64,000 nucleotides of DNA from Camelus ferus (GCF_009834535.1 NC_045698.1:12526001-12590000), one strand, 5' to 3'. Positions 36,100-47,884 are shown, counted from the first letter of the stretch. The notes: generated by a model not told the origin, from the letters alone. Numbers and translations: made by a program.

Positions 36100-39000
36100 T
36101 CCTTTGAGATGTTTTAACTAATAAATCAACTTTAGTGTTTGATTATCATATCAACACATAGAGCTTAGTTCGGTGCATCAGCCTGAGTCTGAGTTTTTTG
36201 CTGTGCCACTCAATGGCTGGTGAATGTCCCAAATGTGGAGAAATGCAGAGGTAGTCTTGGCCCTTTCATTGTAGCTTCAATTTGGGTTTAAGTACCTTCC
36301 AGCGTGGATGACTAGTTGCTGTGTGTGTATGTGTGTTTGTTTGACTGCTTTTTTATTTTTAACTTAGAAGTTCCAACTTCTGACTTTCTACACCAACTGA
36401 TTTCTTTCAAAATTAAAAGTAATAGAAATGAGTGGCATAATTAAACTAATGAATATTAGTTTATAAATATTAATATAATTAAATAAATAATAAATAAATA
36501 AATACGCCCAGCACTCTCCTTATTTCTTAAGGATCTTGATACAAAGCTCTTCTGGCAAATGGGCTGATAAAATGTTTAGGGGCAGAGGGTACCTGAAATT
36601 CTGAATTTCATCCTTATCTTGTCTACATCTTGAGTTTTGAGTCACCCCAGATCTGCACCAACCGTGTGACCCAGAGTGAGTACCATTCTTGAGAGGAGAG
36701 CTCTGCCTATTTGCTGGCTTCTTGGTGGAATTCCCTTTGACCCCCTGGCTGGGGCCCTCCTGCCTTACCTAGTTTTGTCAGATGGACTTGGCCTTTTGCC
36801 TGTGGTACTGGCCCAGCTAGTTAGAATTTCCATGTGGGTAAAAAGGAGGATGCTCATGACATACTTACTACCTCATGGTACTGTTGAGAAGATTAAATAA
36901 AATGGCTTAGTAACGTGTTTGGGATTAGGGTTGTGCTGGACCCCAGGAAACAGTTAATAGATTTTAAGTTGTAATTTTAATTTACCCCCTAGTTGTAAGG
37001 CAAGGTTTTCACCCAGAACGTCTTGGGAAATAACCAGACTACCAGAGTTCTGGTGGATTCTTTAAGCTTCCCTCTGATATCTCACTATATCTAACAGAAG
37101 AAAATTAGCAAAAAGTAGCTGTGTTTATTAACTTTGTGTTCAAAAAACAAACAGGAATGGAGAGACACTTTTTTAGAATTTGATTCTGTAGATTCATTTC
37201 CTACCCAGAGACGAATCGCAGCTGGACTTAAAACAAAGAATAGGAAGTGGCCCTAACTGTGTTTCAGAAAACCAATTTTAGTAATGTAGATTTTAGGTTT
37301 GTAAACCAACATGACTTTAAGCCTCTGGGGATAGCTGTATAGAATTTCATGCTGTATGGGGTCAGAAAGGGGCACTCGTGTTAAGTACATATCCACACTA
37401 CATTTATACTTTGTCTTCTCTTTTGTAGTTTCTAAGTTGGTATATGGGTTTCTATTATAGAATTGGGAGAAGATCCTAAAGGCAGACCTGTCGCAGCTCT
37501 AACTTGATGTCCCAAAATATCTTCAACTATCAGAGCTGTTACTTTGACATGCACCGTTCACGCATGCTGGGTAATTCAGAATTCAGTGAAAGAGTTGTAA
37601 ACTATCATTTAAACTTCTGCTCCAGTGTATTCATATTTTTACTTATTGCTTTGTGACTGCTTATGGGATAAAAGTACATTTAATTGTATTTTTACCATTT
37701 ATGTTTGTTCCCACTTCTGAGAGAGAATAACCAAAAATTAAGTCACACAGAGCCCACTGGACGTCCAAAGTGGGTTATGACCAAAAGCTACTCCGTTTTT
37801 AAAAAGATACGTGTAAGAGAAATTCTTTCTTTGGTAACATAATAAAGGCTTTCCTTGAGAATTGGAACTGTATTTTAGTCACCTTTTGATGTATTGCTTT
37901 TTTTTCTTCCCCAACAATTCAAGTTACTGCAGATGGGAAATTCACATGCAGAGTGGTGAGACAGATTTTGACTGACGAATAGCACTTTGCTAACCAACAC
38001 CCGGCTTTTAAATGAGATAAATGTAGGTTATTCACTGTCATGAATCGTGATTCCAAGGAATGGAATGAATAAGCAGCAAATTTTCTGTTTTAAATGGATA
38101 ATACCTTAAAAAAAAAATACTGGTTAAAGAGTACATTATAATTTTGCCTGGAGACAGCCCTGACCTGGAATGGAACCAGGAGGTCTCATATGTACACCTG
38201 TACACTTGGGGCACAGGGCAAGGCGCTCTCTCTCTTTCTTTCTCACTCCACTGGACTTCTTATTTGTGAGGACTGAAGAGGATACTGGCATGTGATTTCT
38301 GTCATATGCTTCATCAAGGAAAGGCAACCGGTTTTCCTCTAAAGAGCAACATTTCAGTAGTTTCTCACTGATCTCTGATGTCGTAAAAATGCACTTGAGG
38401 AAAAAGAAACGCAGTACTTGTTTAGCTCCGGCAACGGTTCTGCACTGAATCTGTTATTTATAAATTTATAATTGATTGATTAGGATTAATGCTTTGGTGC
38501 CAGGGGAGAGCAATTCAAGATTCAAATACATTCACGGGTTTTTATACCAGACTTAGTGTCAGCCTCTGGGAAGTTGGAGACTTAACTTTGAGTGAAAAAG
38601 GCTCTTAATGACCATTGAAGTTGTGTATCTCTTTTGAATTCTCATCAGGAAAGTGATAATGAAAGATGTTTTTAATTACCATGGAGCTATTTTTTAAAAT
38701 CCCAAAATACCTTGAAAGCAATGAATAGAAGTTGGACATAACTAACAAACTAAATGTAATTGGCAACACCATGCTTTTCATTTCTTGGGCGATAGTCTCC
38801 TTTAACTGGTCCTACTTAATAATGAGATAGACCAAATCCTCTTTGCTTTTGGTCTTTGGAGGCATGTGTGCATATATGAACATATTTGAATAATGGAGTT
38901 TGAAGTGTGAGATTGTTTTCTTGAAATTTGTGATTTGTGTGATTTTCCAGCTGGGCCATTTCTCTGGAAAGTATTTTAAAATTATGAAGCCTTTTACTCA

Positions 39001-39225
39001 CTACAATATAGACTTAAAATGGCTGTGCCTGTCATCTTGTACACAAGTGCTCAACATTTGGGGCTTGAGTTGGACATTGGAAAGCAGAAAAAACAAATAC
39101 TGCTCTGATGTTTGTGAGTAACAAGCTTACTCTTTTAATTACCGATTCTTTGATCTCAGCTTAATAGGTCCTCTGCTGGCTGCGATTAGACCTTTTATAA
39201 CTGAGTGTTTGACTTTATGATACAC

Positions 39226-39354
39226 TTTTTTTTTATATGTTTAATTGTGGCAAAGTACATGTAGCCTAAGACTTCCCATGTTAACCATTTTCAAGTGTAC
39301 AGTTCAGGAGCATCCTTCCTGAACTCTTCACTTTGTAAACAGAAGCCTCTTCAG
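39226..39354 (-). mobile_element. Old L1 (L1MB/L1ME-like) 3' end fragment
   Basis: ttaattgtggcaaagtacat...ttaaccattttcaagtgtacagttcag resembles old L1 termini. Confidence 0.65.
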
Positions 39355-39371
39355 TTTTTATACTCCATAGA

Positions 39372-39735
39372 CATCTTTGTCCGTTGGCGCGCTGTAACAG
39401 ATTACCACCGACCGAGTGCTTATAAACAACAGAAATTGATTTCTCCCAGTTCTGCAGGATGGAACATCCTAGATTAAAGTGCAGGCAGATCTGGTGTCTG
39501 GTGGGGACCTGCTTTGTGGTCGTGGACGGCTGGGTCCTGGCTGCGTCCTCATATGGGAAGGGGACCAGGGAGCTGAGCGGTGGGGTCTTTTCTGGGAGGG
39601 CACTTATCCCATCAGCCGGGGCTCCACCTGCTGCCCTGGTCACCTCCCCAAGGCCCACCTCCTCCTGCCATCACACTGGCGGGTAGGATTTCGACCTATG
39701 GGTTTAGTAGGACGCGCACATTCCGTCCGGAGCCA
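39372..39735 (-). mobile_element. MaLR LTR (MLT1A-like) directly upstream of the BASP1 acceptor
   Basis: gctgtaacagattaccac...cttataaacaacagaaatt...gcagatctggtgtctggtg...cacctccccaaggcccacct...ggatttcgacctatg. Confidence 0.85.
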
Positions 39736-39738
39736 CAA

Positions 39739-39781
39739 GTAACTCTTTTCTCGTTGTGTGTTGTTTCCCGTTGTGTTACAG
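39739..39781 (+). promoter_or_regulatory. BASP1: 3' splice site of BASP1 terminal exon (candidate branch point, U/UG-rich tract, CAG)
   Basis: GTAAC at 39739-39743, then an AG-free U/UG-rich tract ending ...gttacag at 39781, then 9 nt of 5'UTR (aactccgag) before the ATG. Confidence 0.9.
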
Positions 39782-39790
39782 AACTCCGAG

Positions 39791-40462
39791 ATGGGAGGCA
39801 AACTGAGCAAGAAGAAGAAGGGGTACAATGTGAATGATGAGAAGGCCAAGGACAAGGACAAGAAGGCCGAAGGAGCTGGGACAGAAGAGGAGGGAACCCC
39901 CAAGGAGAACGAGACCCAGGCGGCGGCGGAGACCCCGGAGGTGAAGGAGGGCAAGGACGAGAAGCCCGAGAAGGATGCCCAGGACGCGGCCACCAAGCCC
40001 GAAGACAAAGAAGGCGAGAAAGACACAGAGGCAGCCAAGGAAGACGCCCCGAAGGCAGAGCCTGAGCAGACGGAGGGAGGCGAGGGGAAGCCGGAGCCCC
40101 CGAAGGATGCCGAGCAGGAGCCGGCGGCCGCCTCGGGCCCCGCTGCGGGCGGCGACGCCCCCAAGGCTTCGGAGGCCGAGGAGCCTGCCGCCCCCGCCAA
40201 GGATGACAAGGGCAAGGAGGGAGGGGAACCCACAAAGACTGAGGCTCCCGCCGCTCCTGCCGCGCAGGAGACGAAAAGTGACGGGGCCCCAGCTTCAGAC
40301 TCAAAACCCAGCAGCACTGAGGCTGCCCCATCCTCCAAGGAGACCCCCGCAGCCACGGAAGCACCCAGTTCCACGCCCAAGGCCCAGGCCCCCGCAGACG
40401 AGGTTAAACCGGCCGAGGCGCCGGCAGCTAATTCGGATCAAACCGTAGCAGTCAAAGAGTAA
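39791..40462 (+). CDS. BASP1: Brain acid soluble protein 1 (NAP-22/CAP-23), 223 aa, CDS contained in one exon
   Basis: ATG at 39791 in strong Kozak context (gagATGg). N-terminus MGGKLSKKKKGYNVNDEKAK (myristoylation Gly2, basic cluster) and C-terminus ...APAANSDQTVAVKE match BASP1 as recalled. The protein is Ala/Glu/Lys/Pro-rich with no R, W, C, F, H or I. TAA at 40460-40462. The ORF track's extra 11 N-terminal residues lie upstream of this ATG. Confidence 0.98.
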   Translation: MGGKLSKKKKGYNVNDEKAKDKDKKAEGAGTEEEGTPKENETQAAAETPEVKEGKDEKPEKDAQDAATKPEDKEGEKDTEAAKEDAPKAEPEQTEGGEGKPEPPKDAEQEPAAASGPAAGGDAPKASEAEEPAAPAKDDKGKEGGEPTKTEAPAAPAAQETKSDGAPASDSKPSSTEAAPSSKETPAATEAPSSTPKAQAPADEVKPAEAPAANSDQTVAVKE

Positions 40463-40505
40463 CACGGACAGCCTATGGAAAAAAAGAATACCGTCTAACA
40501 GCAAC

Positions 40506-40516
40506 CTGTCTCTCTG

Positions 40517-40546
<30 letters not shown>
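40506..40546 (+). repeat. (CT)n/CTGT microsatellite in the BASP1 3'UTR
   Basis: Read directly. Confidence 0.9.
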
Positions 40547-40547
<1 letters not shown>

Positions 40548-41324
40548 TATACTAACTTGTTTCAAATTGGAAGTAATGAGATGTATTGCCCAAGAAAAAG
40601 GATGATGTCCCATCGAGGGAGGGAGGGGGTGGGGAGAATCCAAATAGTATTTTTGTGGGGAAATATCTAATATACCTTCAGTCAACTCTGCCAGTCAGTT
40701 CTGGATTTTCAAGCTCAATGTCTGAAAGTAAAGTACATCTTTTGTACCTGAACCGCTGTTCCATGCACTCTGCCACTAAGATCCCAACATCCTGCCTTCT
40801 GCAAGGGGAGTCGGAGTGTTCGATTCTGCCCGCAGGGCCTGTGCCAAGGCAATCAGATCTTTATGAGAGCAGTATTTTCTGTGTTTTCTTTTTAATTTAC
40901 AGCCTTTCTTATTTTGGTATTTTTTTAATGTCGTGAATGAATGCCAACTTTCAGACAGCCCACTTAGCCTGTCCACATGTATCTCAAGGCCAAGACTCCA
41001 TTCTTCCTCCCCAGGTATTTTTGGGAGTAACAAACATTCTCTCATCCTACTTAGCCTCCCTAGATTTTCTCATGACGAGTTAATGCATGTCCGTGGTTGG
41101 GTGCACCTGTAGTTCTGTTTATTGGTCAGTGGAAATGAAAAAAAAAAAAAAAAGTCTGCGTTCATTGCAGTTCCAGTTTCTCTTCCATTCCGTGTCACAG
41201 ACACCACCACACCACTCATTGGAAAATGGAAAAAAAATAAAAATAAAAATAAAAATAAAAAAACAAAAAAAAAGTACAATGGATGCATTGAAATTATATG
41301 TAATTGTATAAATGGTGCAACAGT

Positions 41325-41330
41325 AATAAA
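41325..41330 (+). terminator. BASP1: BASP1 polyadenylation signal AATAAA
   Basis: AATAAA preceded by TGTA motifs (41299-41308) and followed by a U/GU-rich element (ctggttttctttt, ~41363-41375). Confidence 0.85.
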
Positions 41331-43245
41331 GTTAAACAATTAAAATGAAGTCACAAAGACTCCTGGTTTTCTTTTACCACCACCGCCCTGCCCCGCGCCC
41401 CCACCTCCCCAGTAATTACTGACAGACAGAACTTATGTATTGGGCGTTTTCATGAATATATTTGGACAGACATATAAAGCAGGAGCCTCAACCTTATCTG
41501 TTTCAAAAAATTAGCTCATCGGTGTCAGTAAATCTTAGAAGAATCGAAACTAAAAACTTACTATGTCTATGATGTACCCCATAAAAATGGGGTTGTGATG
41601 AATTTACTTAAAAGTCACAAATATTTTGAATAAAATACATTGGAAGACAGACAATAAACGGAGTTGATCACGAAGGGCTGGAGAGAAGAGAACTCCAAGA
41701 TCTTAAAAGAAACATGCCACGTACGTCAGTTGTGAAACCACTGAAGATGGTTTTGTTTTATCTGTTTATCATTGTTGTGAGAGAGCCAGGCAAGGGGCCC
41801 TGAGTGTTGAGCAGTATGCTGGAGGGCAGTGACTTTAATCCTGTTCAGGTTTAGCATGAACGACTTGTATGGCTTTTAAGCTACATTTAAACTGCGGGGC
41901 TTCCCTGCTCTACTTACAAGACGGTTAGGGCAAAGCCCCGTCTGAAATATTTAATAGTTTGTGTACGTGCCTGATGGCAGATTTATAGGATGGATAGGTA
42001 TGTAGCAACAGCTGTGATGTCACCTCATCCCTTGAAATCTTCCCCAGAGCTGAAACAGTGCTCCTCCGTTTGCTCAAGTTCCGTAGATGGGGAGGGGTTG
42101 GAGGTTGGGGGTCAGGAGCGGCTTTCGGAGCAGCCAGCCATGTGCATCTGTTCTGTAATGTAAGATGAGTTGCTTCAACTCTCTTGATGTTGATTTGGGT
42201 CTTTTCCAATTGGATATTAGCCACCAAATCTCCAACATAAAATACTTAAAAAAGAATTGAACCCTAGCCACCCCAAAATTCCTCATGATTCTCAGTTAAG
42301 TGGAAGTTTTTTTTTTTTTTTTTTTTTTGCAGGGATAGGGGGGTTGGATTGGATGGTAATTACCCAGAGTAAAATACAATTTCATACTCTAACCTAGAAA
42401 ATTTTCTGCAGAATTTGTGAAGGGCTAGTATACATGAATTAATTCCCAAAGGGACATGAGCGATATGGTGGATGAGGATGACCCTATTCGGTTCAAATGC
42501 GTTATGAAATAAAAAAGAAGAAAAAAGTACTCCAATTATCTTCTCAGTAGCCTAGTGTGGACCATACCTAAGGTGTCGCCAGTGGATGAAATGGGAGAAG
42601 AAAACAGTGAAACTGAATATTAGGCAAATAGACTTGTTGGGGTTAATTCATATCTATGTTCAACTTTAGGCACTTTTGGTTCTTGTTTCTATAGTGAAAT
42701 AAATGTGAAATTAATGCTTGGAAGCACAACAAACAAGATATATGTAAACACATTAACCACCAAGCAACTGTTTTAGGTAAGAAAAAACAGCAGAGGAATG
42801 TCCAAATTATTGTGGGTGTGTCCTAGCTTATATAAAATAGCTCGGGGGTGGGTTGGTAGCGGTGGTGGGGAAAGAACAGATTCTCTGAACCATGGAGGGC
42901 ATTTAAATGGTTACTAATATTAAATACCACGCTTTTCTTGCAGATAGATGTGCTTGATGGAAGCAATATGTTATAAATTCACTGTTCATCCCCTTCTTTT
43001 AATAAAAAAAAATTTCACTAGGCTTTTTGGTGATTAGAATACTCAAATCAGCCTCCTGGTGTAGCGTTAATCACTATAAATTTGCCATTTAGGGCTAAGT
43101 GAAACTAAGTGGACGTTTTTCTTCATTTATTTACATTTAAAGTTGTTGCCTGGGAGAATTAAAATCTGAGCTATTTTTCTCTTTTCTAACTCTAGTAGGT
43201 GTTCAAGCAATCTAAAAGTATCAGAAATGTGATCCCCTAAATATG

Positions 43246-43399
43246 TATTTATTTATTTGAAACATTTTTCCTTAGATTTGTTTTGGGGGGGGTAATTAAG
43301 TTTATTTCTTTATTTATTTTAATGGAGATACTGGGGATTGAACCCAGGACCTTGTGCATGCTAAGCATGCACTCTATCCCTGAGCTATACCAGGCCCCT
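43246..43399 (-). mobile_element. tRNA-derived SINE (Vic-1-like)
   Basis: Reverse complement gtatagctcagggatagagtgcatgcttagcatgcacaaggtcctgggttcaatccccag plus tail. Confidence 0.9.
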
Positions 43400-46300
43400 C
43401 ACCCAAAATATTTAAATCAGAATTTTAACCTAACCATGGCTCATAACACTTAATTTTACCACGCTAAGAAAAACTTCTTTGAAATTGTGTAATCAGCAGC
43501 AAGTGTCTTCTATGTGGGAGTGACTGGCTCAGCCAGGAAGGAACAATGTTGGCATCCATTTTAATTTTGGATTAACCTAGATTGCTCCCTCCTCAAGAAG
43601 GATCTTAAAGGGAAGGTAACACACAGACTTGTGCTTAGCAGGCAAGTTGTTTGGGGACTCACCACACTCAGGCGTGTTCAACATCTCCCTTACAAAGAAG
43701 AAAGGATTCCAGGGTCTAACACTGAGTGTCTGTGTGCAGACGGCAAGGAGGAAACTGACAGGAATTGAAATGAACTTGTCGATGGTGACCAGCTCTGTCT
43801 GTCTACCTTGAATGTCCTGTCCAGTAGCTGACACTGCCTCTGTATGATGGGGATAGACGCAAGTCCCCAAGAGCTGAGGGGTTGACAGACATCCCATGGT
43901 GACCATTCCTGGCCTCAGCCCTAAGAACAGCCCATCTTCAACCTGTCCCTGGCCACTGAGGCAGAGGCCACACATGGCCACGATCCAGGAACGCCACTTG
44001 GCCATTCTTGAAGTCTTCTTTCATTTGGTGCAGTCGAGACCCAGGTCCAGTGTACATTAGGGAATTGGTTGTCAGCCGTCTGGTGCTGAGAAGATGTAGA
44101 CATTCTTTAGCTGCCAAAGTTGGGAAAATTATTAGGTGCCAGAAGTTATACAGTTTTTCCAATAAAGTATCCCAAAATCTTAATTTTCATGAAATGAAAT
44201 ACCATGGTATATTGAAACACACTATCTGCATTGAAACGTTCAACATATCAATTAACGTTCACTGCCGGAGCTGCTTTGGGACACCCATCTTTTTTTGTTC
44301 CTTTACAGATACAAGGCTTTGACATACAGCAAATTTCAGTCCAGTTTCACTTATGGAAAAAAAAATCTATTTAGGAAATTTACTATTTTGTTGTTATCCA
44401 ACGTCCTGTCTCAAGAGTGATGAGGTTAATCTTCAATCTTGACTTCTATTTTGCTTTTCCAGAGAAACGGGCGCAGTTATTTTGATCTTTATTTTTAACT
44501 AATTTGCACAAGTATGGAAATTGGATGATTGGAAGATAATTTTAAGAATATACCAAATAGCAGTGCCACTAATATTTGTGGGATTAACCAGATGAGCTAT
44601 TATATGCATCTTTATAAAAGGAAGCAAAGTTTGTTTCATTTATAATTGATACTGTTTTTGGTCAGCCAAGCAGTCCATCTTTAATCCTTTAGCTCAGGGA
44701 AGGCTATTTGAGCAGGATGTTGCAATTTTTTCTTTTTTCTTTTTTTAACCCTTTCTGCTCATGGAAAAGTGAAAAGAGTAATATAGAGAGTTTTTTCAGA
44801 AAGGTATATCTCTTTGATTAAAAAAAAAACAATTTCTTTTCATGAGCCTATATGCTTCATGCCTTTTTAACGATAGAGATTTTATTAGTGTACAAAATCT
44901 CAAAGTCCAGGAACCACTGGTTTAGTACATTTCTCCCAGTTTCTCTCAGCCTTCATTTTATTAAGAGCACTTTTCCTTCTGAAGCTATGTTCTTCCACTT
45001 GGATACATATTTAAATTCCTAGAGGGAATGTCTGTTTGAAAAAGAACTATGCTCTTGAAAAAGAATACTGAGTACAACTGTACACATTAAAGTAAACTGC
45101 AATGTCATATAACTCTATCTCACGTACGCTTGACCTTCATATTGTCCCACGGTCCAAATACCACATTTGTTCTCCATTTTGTTTCCTTTGAAGATGGTTT
45201 TATGTTTCCCTCTGAGTCTAGGAAAATTCACTTTTAATATCACTCATTTATAAATTAATTGGTCTTCTAGAGTGTATCCACTTGTTTTAACTCCCTCAGG
45301 TTCTCTTTTTCTCACAGGATTGCTGATCAGGTCCATGTCCTCAACGGTCGACTGACAGAATGATGGAGCGATAAGCACCAATTTAGAATCATTTAGAAAG
45401 TGTTCGTGTTTGCTCTCCTCACATATGTTTCCGCTTTTGCATGCCCAGAATTTAAAAGCGTTAGAGTGAAAGGGTCTCAGAAGTGTTGTCTGGAGGAATT
45501 CTCATCTTCTTATGACTTTACAGGCATGTCCCCAATTCTGAGGCAGAATTTCAGGTAACAAAAGCGAAGCCTGTCAGGCTGCAGGCTTCCCTGAAGCCGT
45601 GGGTGAGGAAAGGCTGCTTAAATTTAAAAAGAAATTTGTTTTTTAAAACTTAACCTCAATATTCTGAGACCTTAAAAATATCTGTATCTTAAAGACTGAG
45701 TTTCAATCACTAGAAACGCTATTGGCAACCTCACTATCTTCTGGCTTTTTAAGCTATGAATTTTTTCAAGTAGAAAATATGTTGGATCAGGGCACCAAAG
45801 ACTCTTGCTTTATAATTGAATAAATCAGTCCCTGATGTCGACTGGATTGTATTTAAGAGCCACACGGCCAGAAAGTCAGGCCCATCATGTTACTCAAAGG
45901 AAAAGGGCACCTTTTTCACCTGGAGGTAAATACATTCACTTAAGATACACTTTTGTTAACAACAAGAATGGTGAAGAAAAATGGAAAAAAAAAAAATCCC
46001 TGAGCCCCTAAAAAGAAAGCAATCTTCTTAATGGAAGGGAAAGTCTCCATTTTGGTCCTTTACAGACAGAAACAGCCCTGTTTGGAGATTTGCTACGAGA
46101 AGGAGGGGGTGACACGTCTGATTACAACTGCCTTTTACGCAGGTTTGGGAAATTTGATCTGACAGGTGAACCCCATTAAAAGCACTGACTGGAAGACGGT
46201 CCAATGGCAGCAGTGAACAATTTCCATCTCCCTGCCTCAGCACAGACGTCTAAGAATAGAGCGGCCTCTCAGCCGGAACCACCCACAGCAGCCACCAAAG

Positions 46301-46468
46301 TCTGACTAGTATGCAAATTCCCCAGAGGGTTCTTTTTCTTCTTCTTTTTTCTTTTAGCTGAGGATAATAGAGACTATATTTTGCTTGCTACCTATTCAAC
46401 TGCCGTCTCTTGCAGGAGCTGAAATTGCCTTGACATTCAGAGCAAATTCTACCGTTTCAAAATAAAAT

Positions 46469-46469
46469 A

Positions 46470-46496
<27 letters not shown>
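46469..46496 (+). repeat. (AC)14 microsatellite
   Basis: Read directly. Confidence 0.95.
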
Positions 46497-46500
<4 letters not shown>

Positions 46501-46724
46501 TCACTTAATAGTAAAAATCAACAAAACCAAAAAGAACATAATTAGAAGACAAAAAAAAAAAAAAAAAAGAGTTGCTTACATTTCTGATGCTAGTCAGAAC
46601 TTCATTATAATTTTTTATTTCCTCTCTTCTTTATTCTGTTTCCTCTGCATTTTTGTCTTTCCCATCAAGTTTTCTACTACTTTTTTTGGTCGGCTAATTA
46701 AATTCTAAAATGATGATGTCACTG

Positions 46725-46813
46725 TCTTTCTTCCCTTTCTCCCTCCCTCTTTTCCTCCCTCTCCTCTTCTTTCTTTCCTTCCTTCTTTCTTTCCTTCCTT
46801 CCTTCCCTTCCTC
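46725..46813 (+). repeat. Polypyrimidine (CTTT/CCTT)n tract
   Basis: About 90 nt of C/T. Confidence 0.9.
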
Positions 46814-47884
46814 CATCAAATTCACACTGACTGGGGCAAATATGTACAAGGGGCCAAAATGATAAAAATTATATACATCTTAAATATGTACTTCTCAAAT
46901 ACACTTTAAATGTACTTTTTTTTGGCTTTGCATAACCCTTAATATTCATTTGTTCTTTGTTCAGAAAGAATAATATTCTTTACTTGGAAATTATGTGTAA
47001 TTTACTTTTCTCCCCTCCCCCGCCCCACCATTTACCTATAAGAATAACTGGGAGGTTAAGAGCAGATATGTTCAGGATAATTTCAAATGGTCTTTGATGG
47101 AGAATATTTACTAAAAGAGAATTTTTAAGGTTTCACCTCCAGAAGCTCTCTTCCAGAATGCAGGGCAGCGGTTCCTAAATTCCATACAACTAGGCTACGG
47201 AAAATTTTCTTGGATATTCAAATAAAAACGTTCCAGGCACCAAGCCGTGCTTCTGACTCAGTAGTTCTTATGGAAGATGGAGGAAGGGAGACGTTTCATA
47301 AAGCCCTTCTTGGGGAATCCACTGAGATCGTGGAACTTTCAAAGATTTGCGAAGAGACTTGGGTTAGAATCTTTTTTTGTGGATTATTCTTCGATCTTAA
47401 GTAAATTACTTAACATCTCTGGGGCTCAATTACCTCATTAGGAAAAAAAAGGGAAGAATAATAATTTGCTGTGAATATTTTTAAAAAGAGCTGGAAGTAA
47501 CCAGCTCTTGATATATACTCAATGAACCACAGCAGAGGCTTCAGTTTCAGAAACAAACAAACAAACAAACAAAAACAAAACAAAACTGGGATTGTAAGCT
47601 CTAGCCTGTCTATTTACTTAAATTGTAAAAGAAAATATAATGGGAAGACATATCTTAATGTTTTCTTGGAAATACAAAAGCAATGACTATGGAATCAAGA
47701 CCCAAATTATCCTAGACAAGGCAGCCCACTTTATAGGAAAAAAATAAAACACACATGCAATGTATGGAAATCATTTTGGGGGGAGATTAAAATCCAAGAT
47801 GGTTTTCCTGAGAATATTCAAATGAGAGTACAGAGACAACTAAGATATGAATCAAGGAGGGAGAATGAATTGCCTTTGTGAATG

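Larger units (their letters stand above)
1..39781 (+). other. BASP1: Distal part of BASP1 intron 1 (inferred; exon 1 and promoter lie upstream of the window)
   Basis: BASP1 is known to have a non-coding first exon and a very large intron. No CpG-island promoter or other coding exon is seen here, and L1/LTR insertions are mostly antisense, as expected in a + strand intron. Confidence 0.8.
40463..41350 (+). other. BASP1: BASP1 3'UTR (3' end approximate)
   Basis: Runs from the stop codon to just past AATAAA at 41325; no interspersed repeat recognised; contains a CT repeat, a G-tract and A-rich tracts. Confidence 0.85.

Noticed and set aside
39758..39790. 11-aa N-terminal extension of BASP1 in the ORF track
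   Set aside because: It starts at a non-ATG codon within the intronic pyrimidine tract, and myristoylation needs Met-Gly at 39791.
39640..40380. Long antisense ORFs (246 aa and 222 aa) over BASP1
   Set aside because: They are shadows of a GC-rich, low-complexity CDS, run into an LTR, and show no recognisable protein features.
39975..40448. 157-aa Arg/Pro-rich ORF in an alternative + frame
   Set aside because: It lies downstream of the strong BASP1 ATG and other ATGs, and its openness is explained by codon composition; ribosome profiling would be needed to support it.
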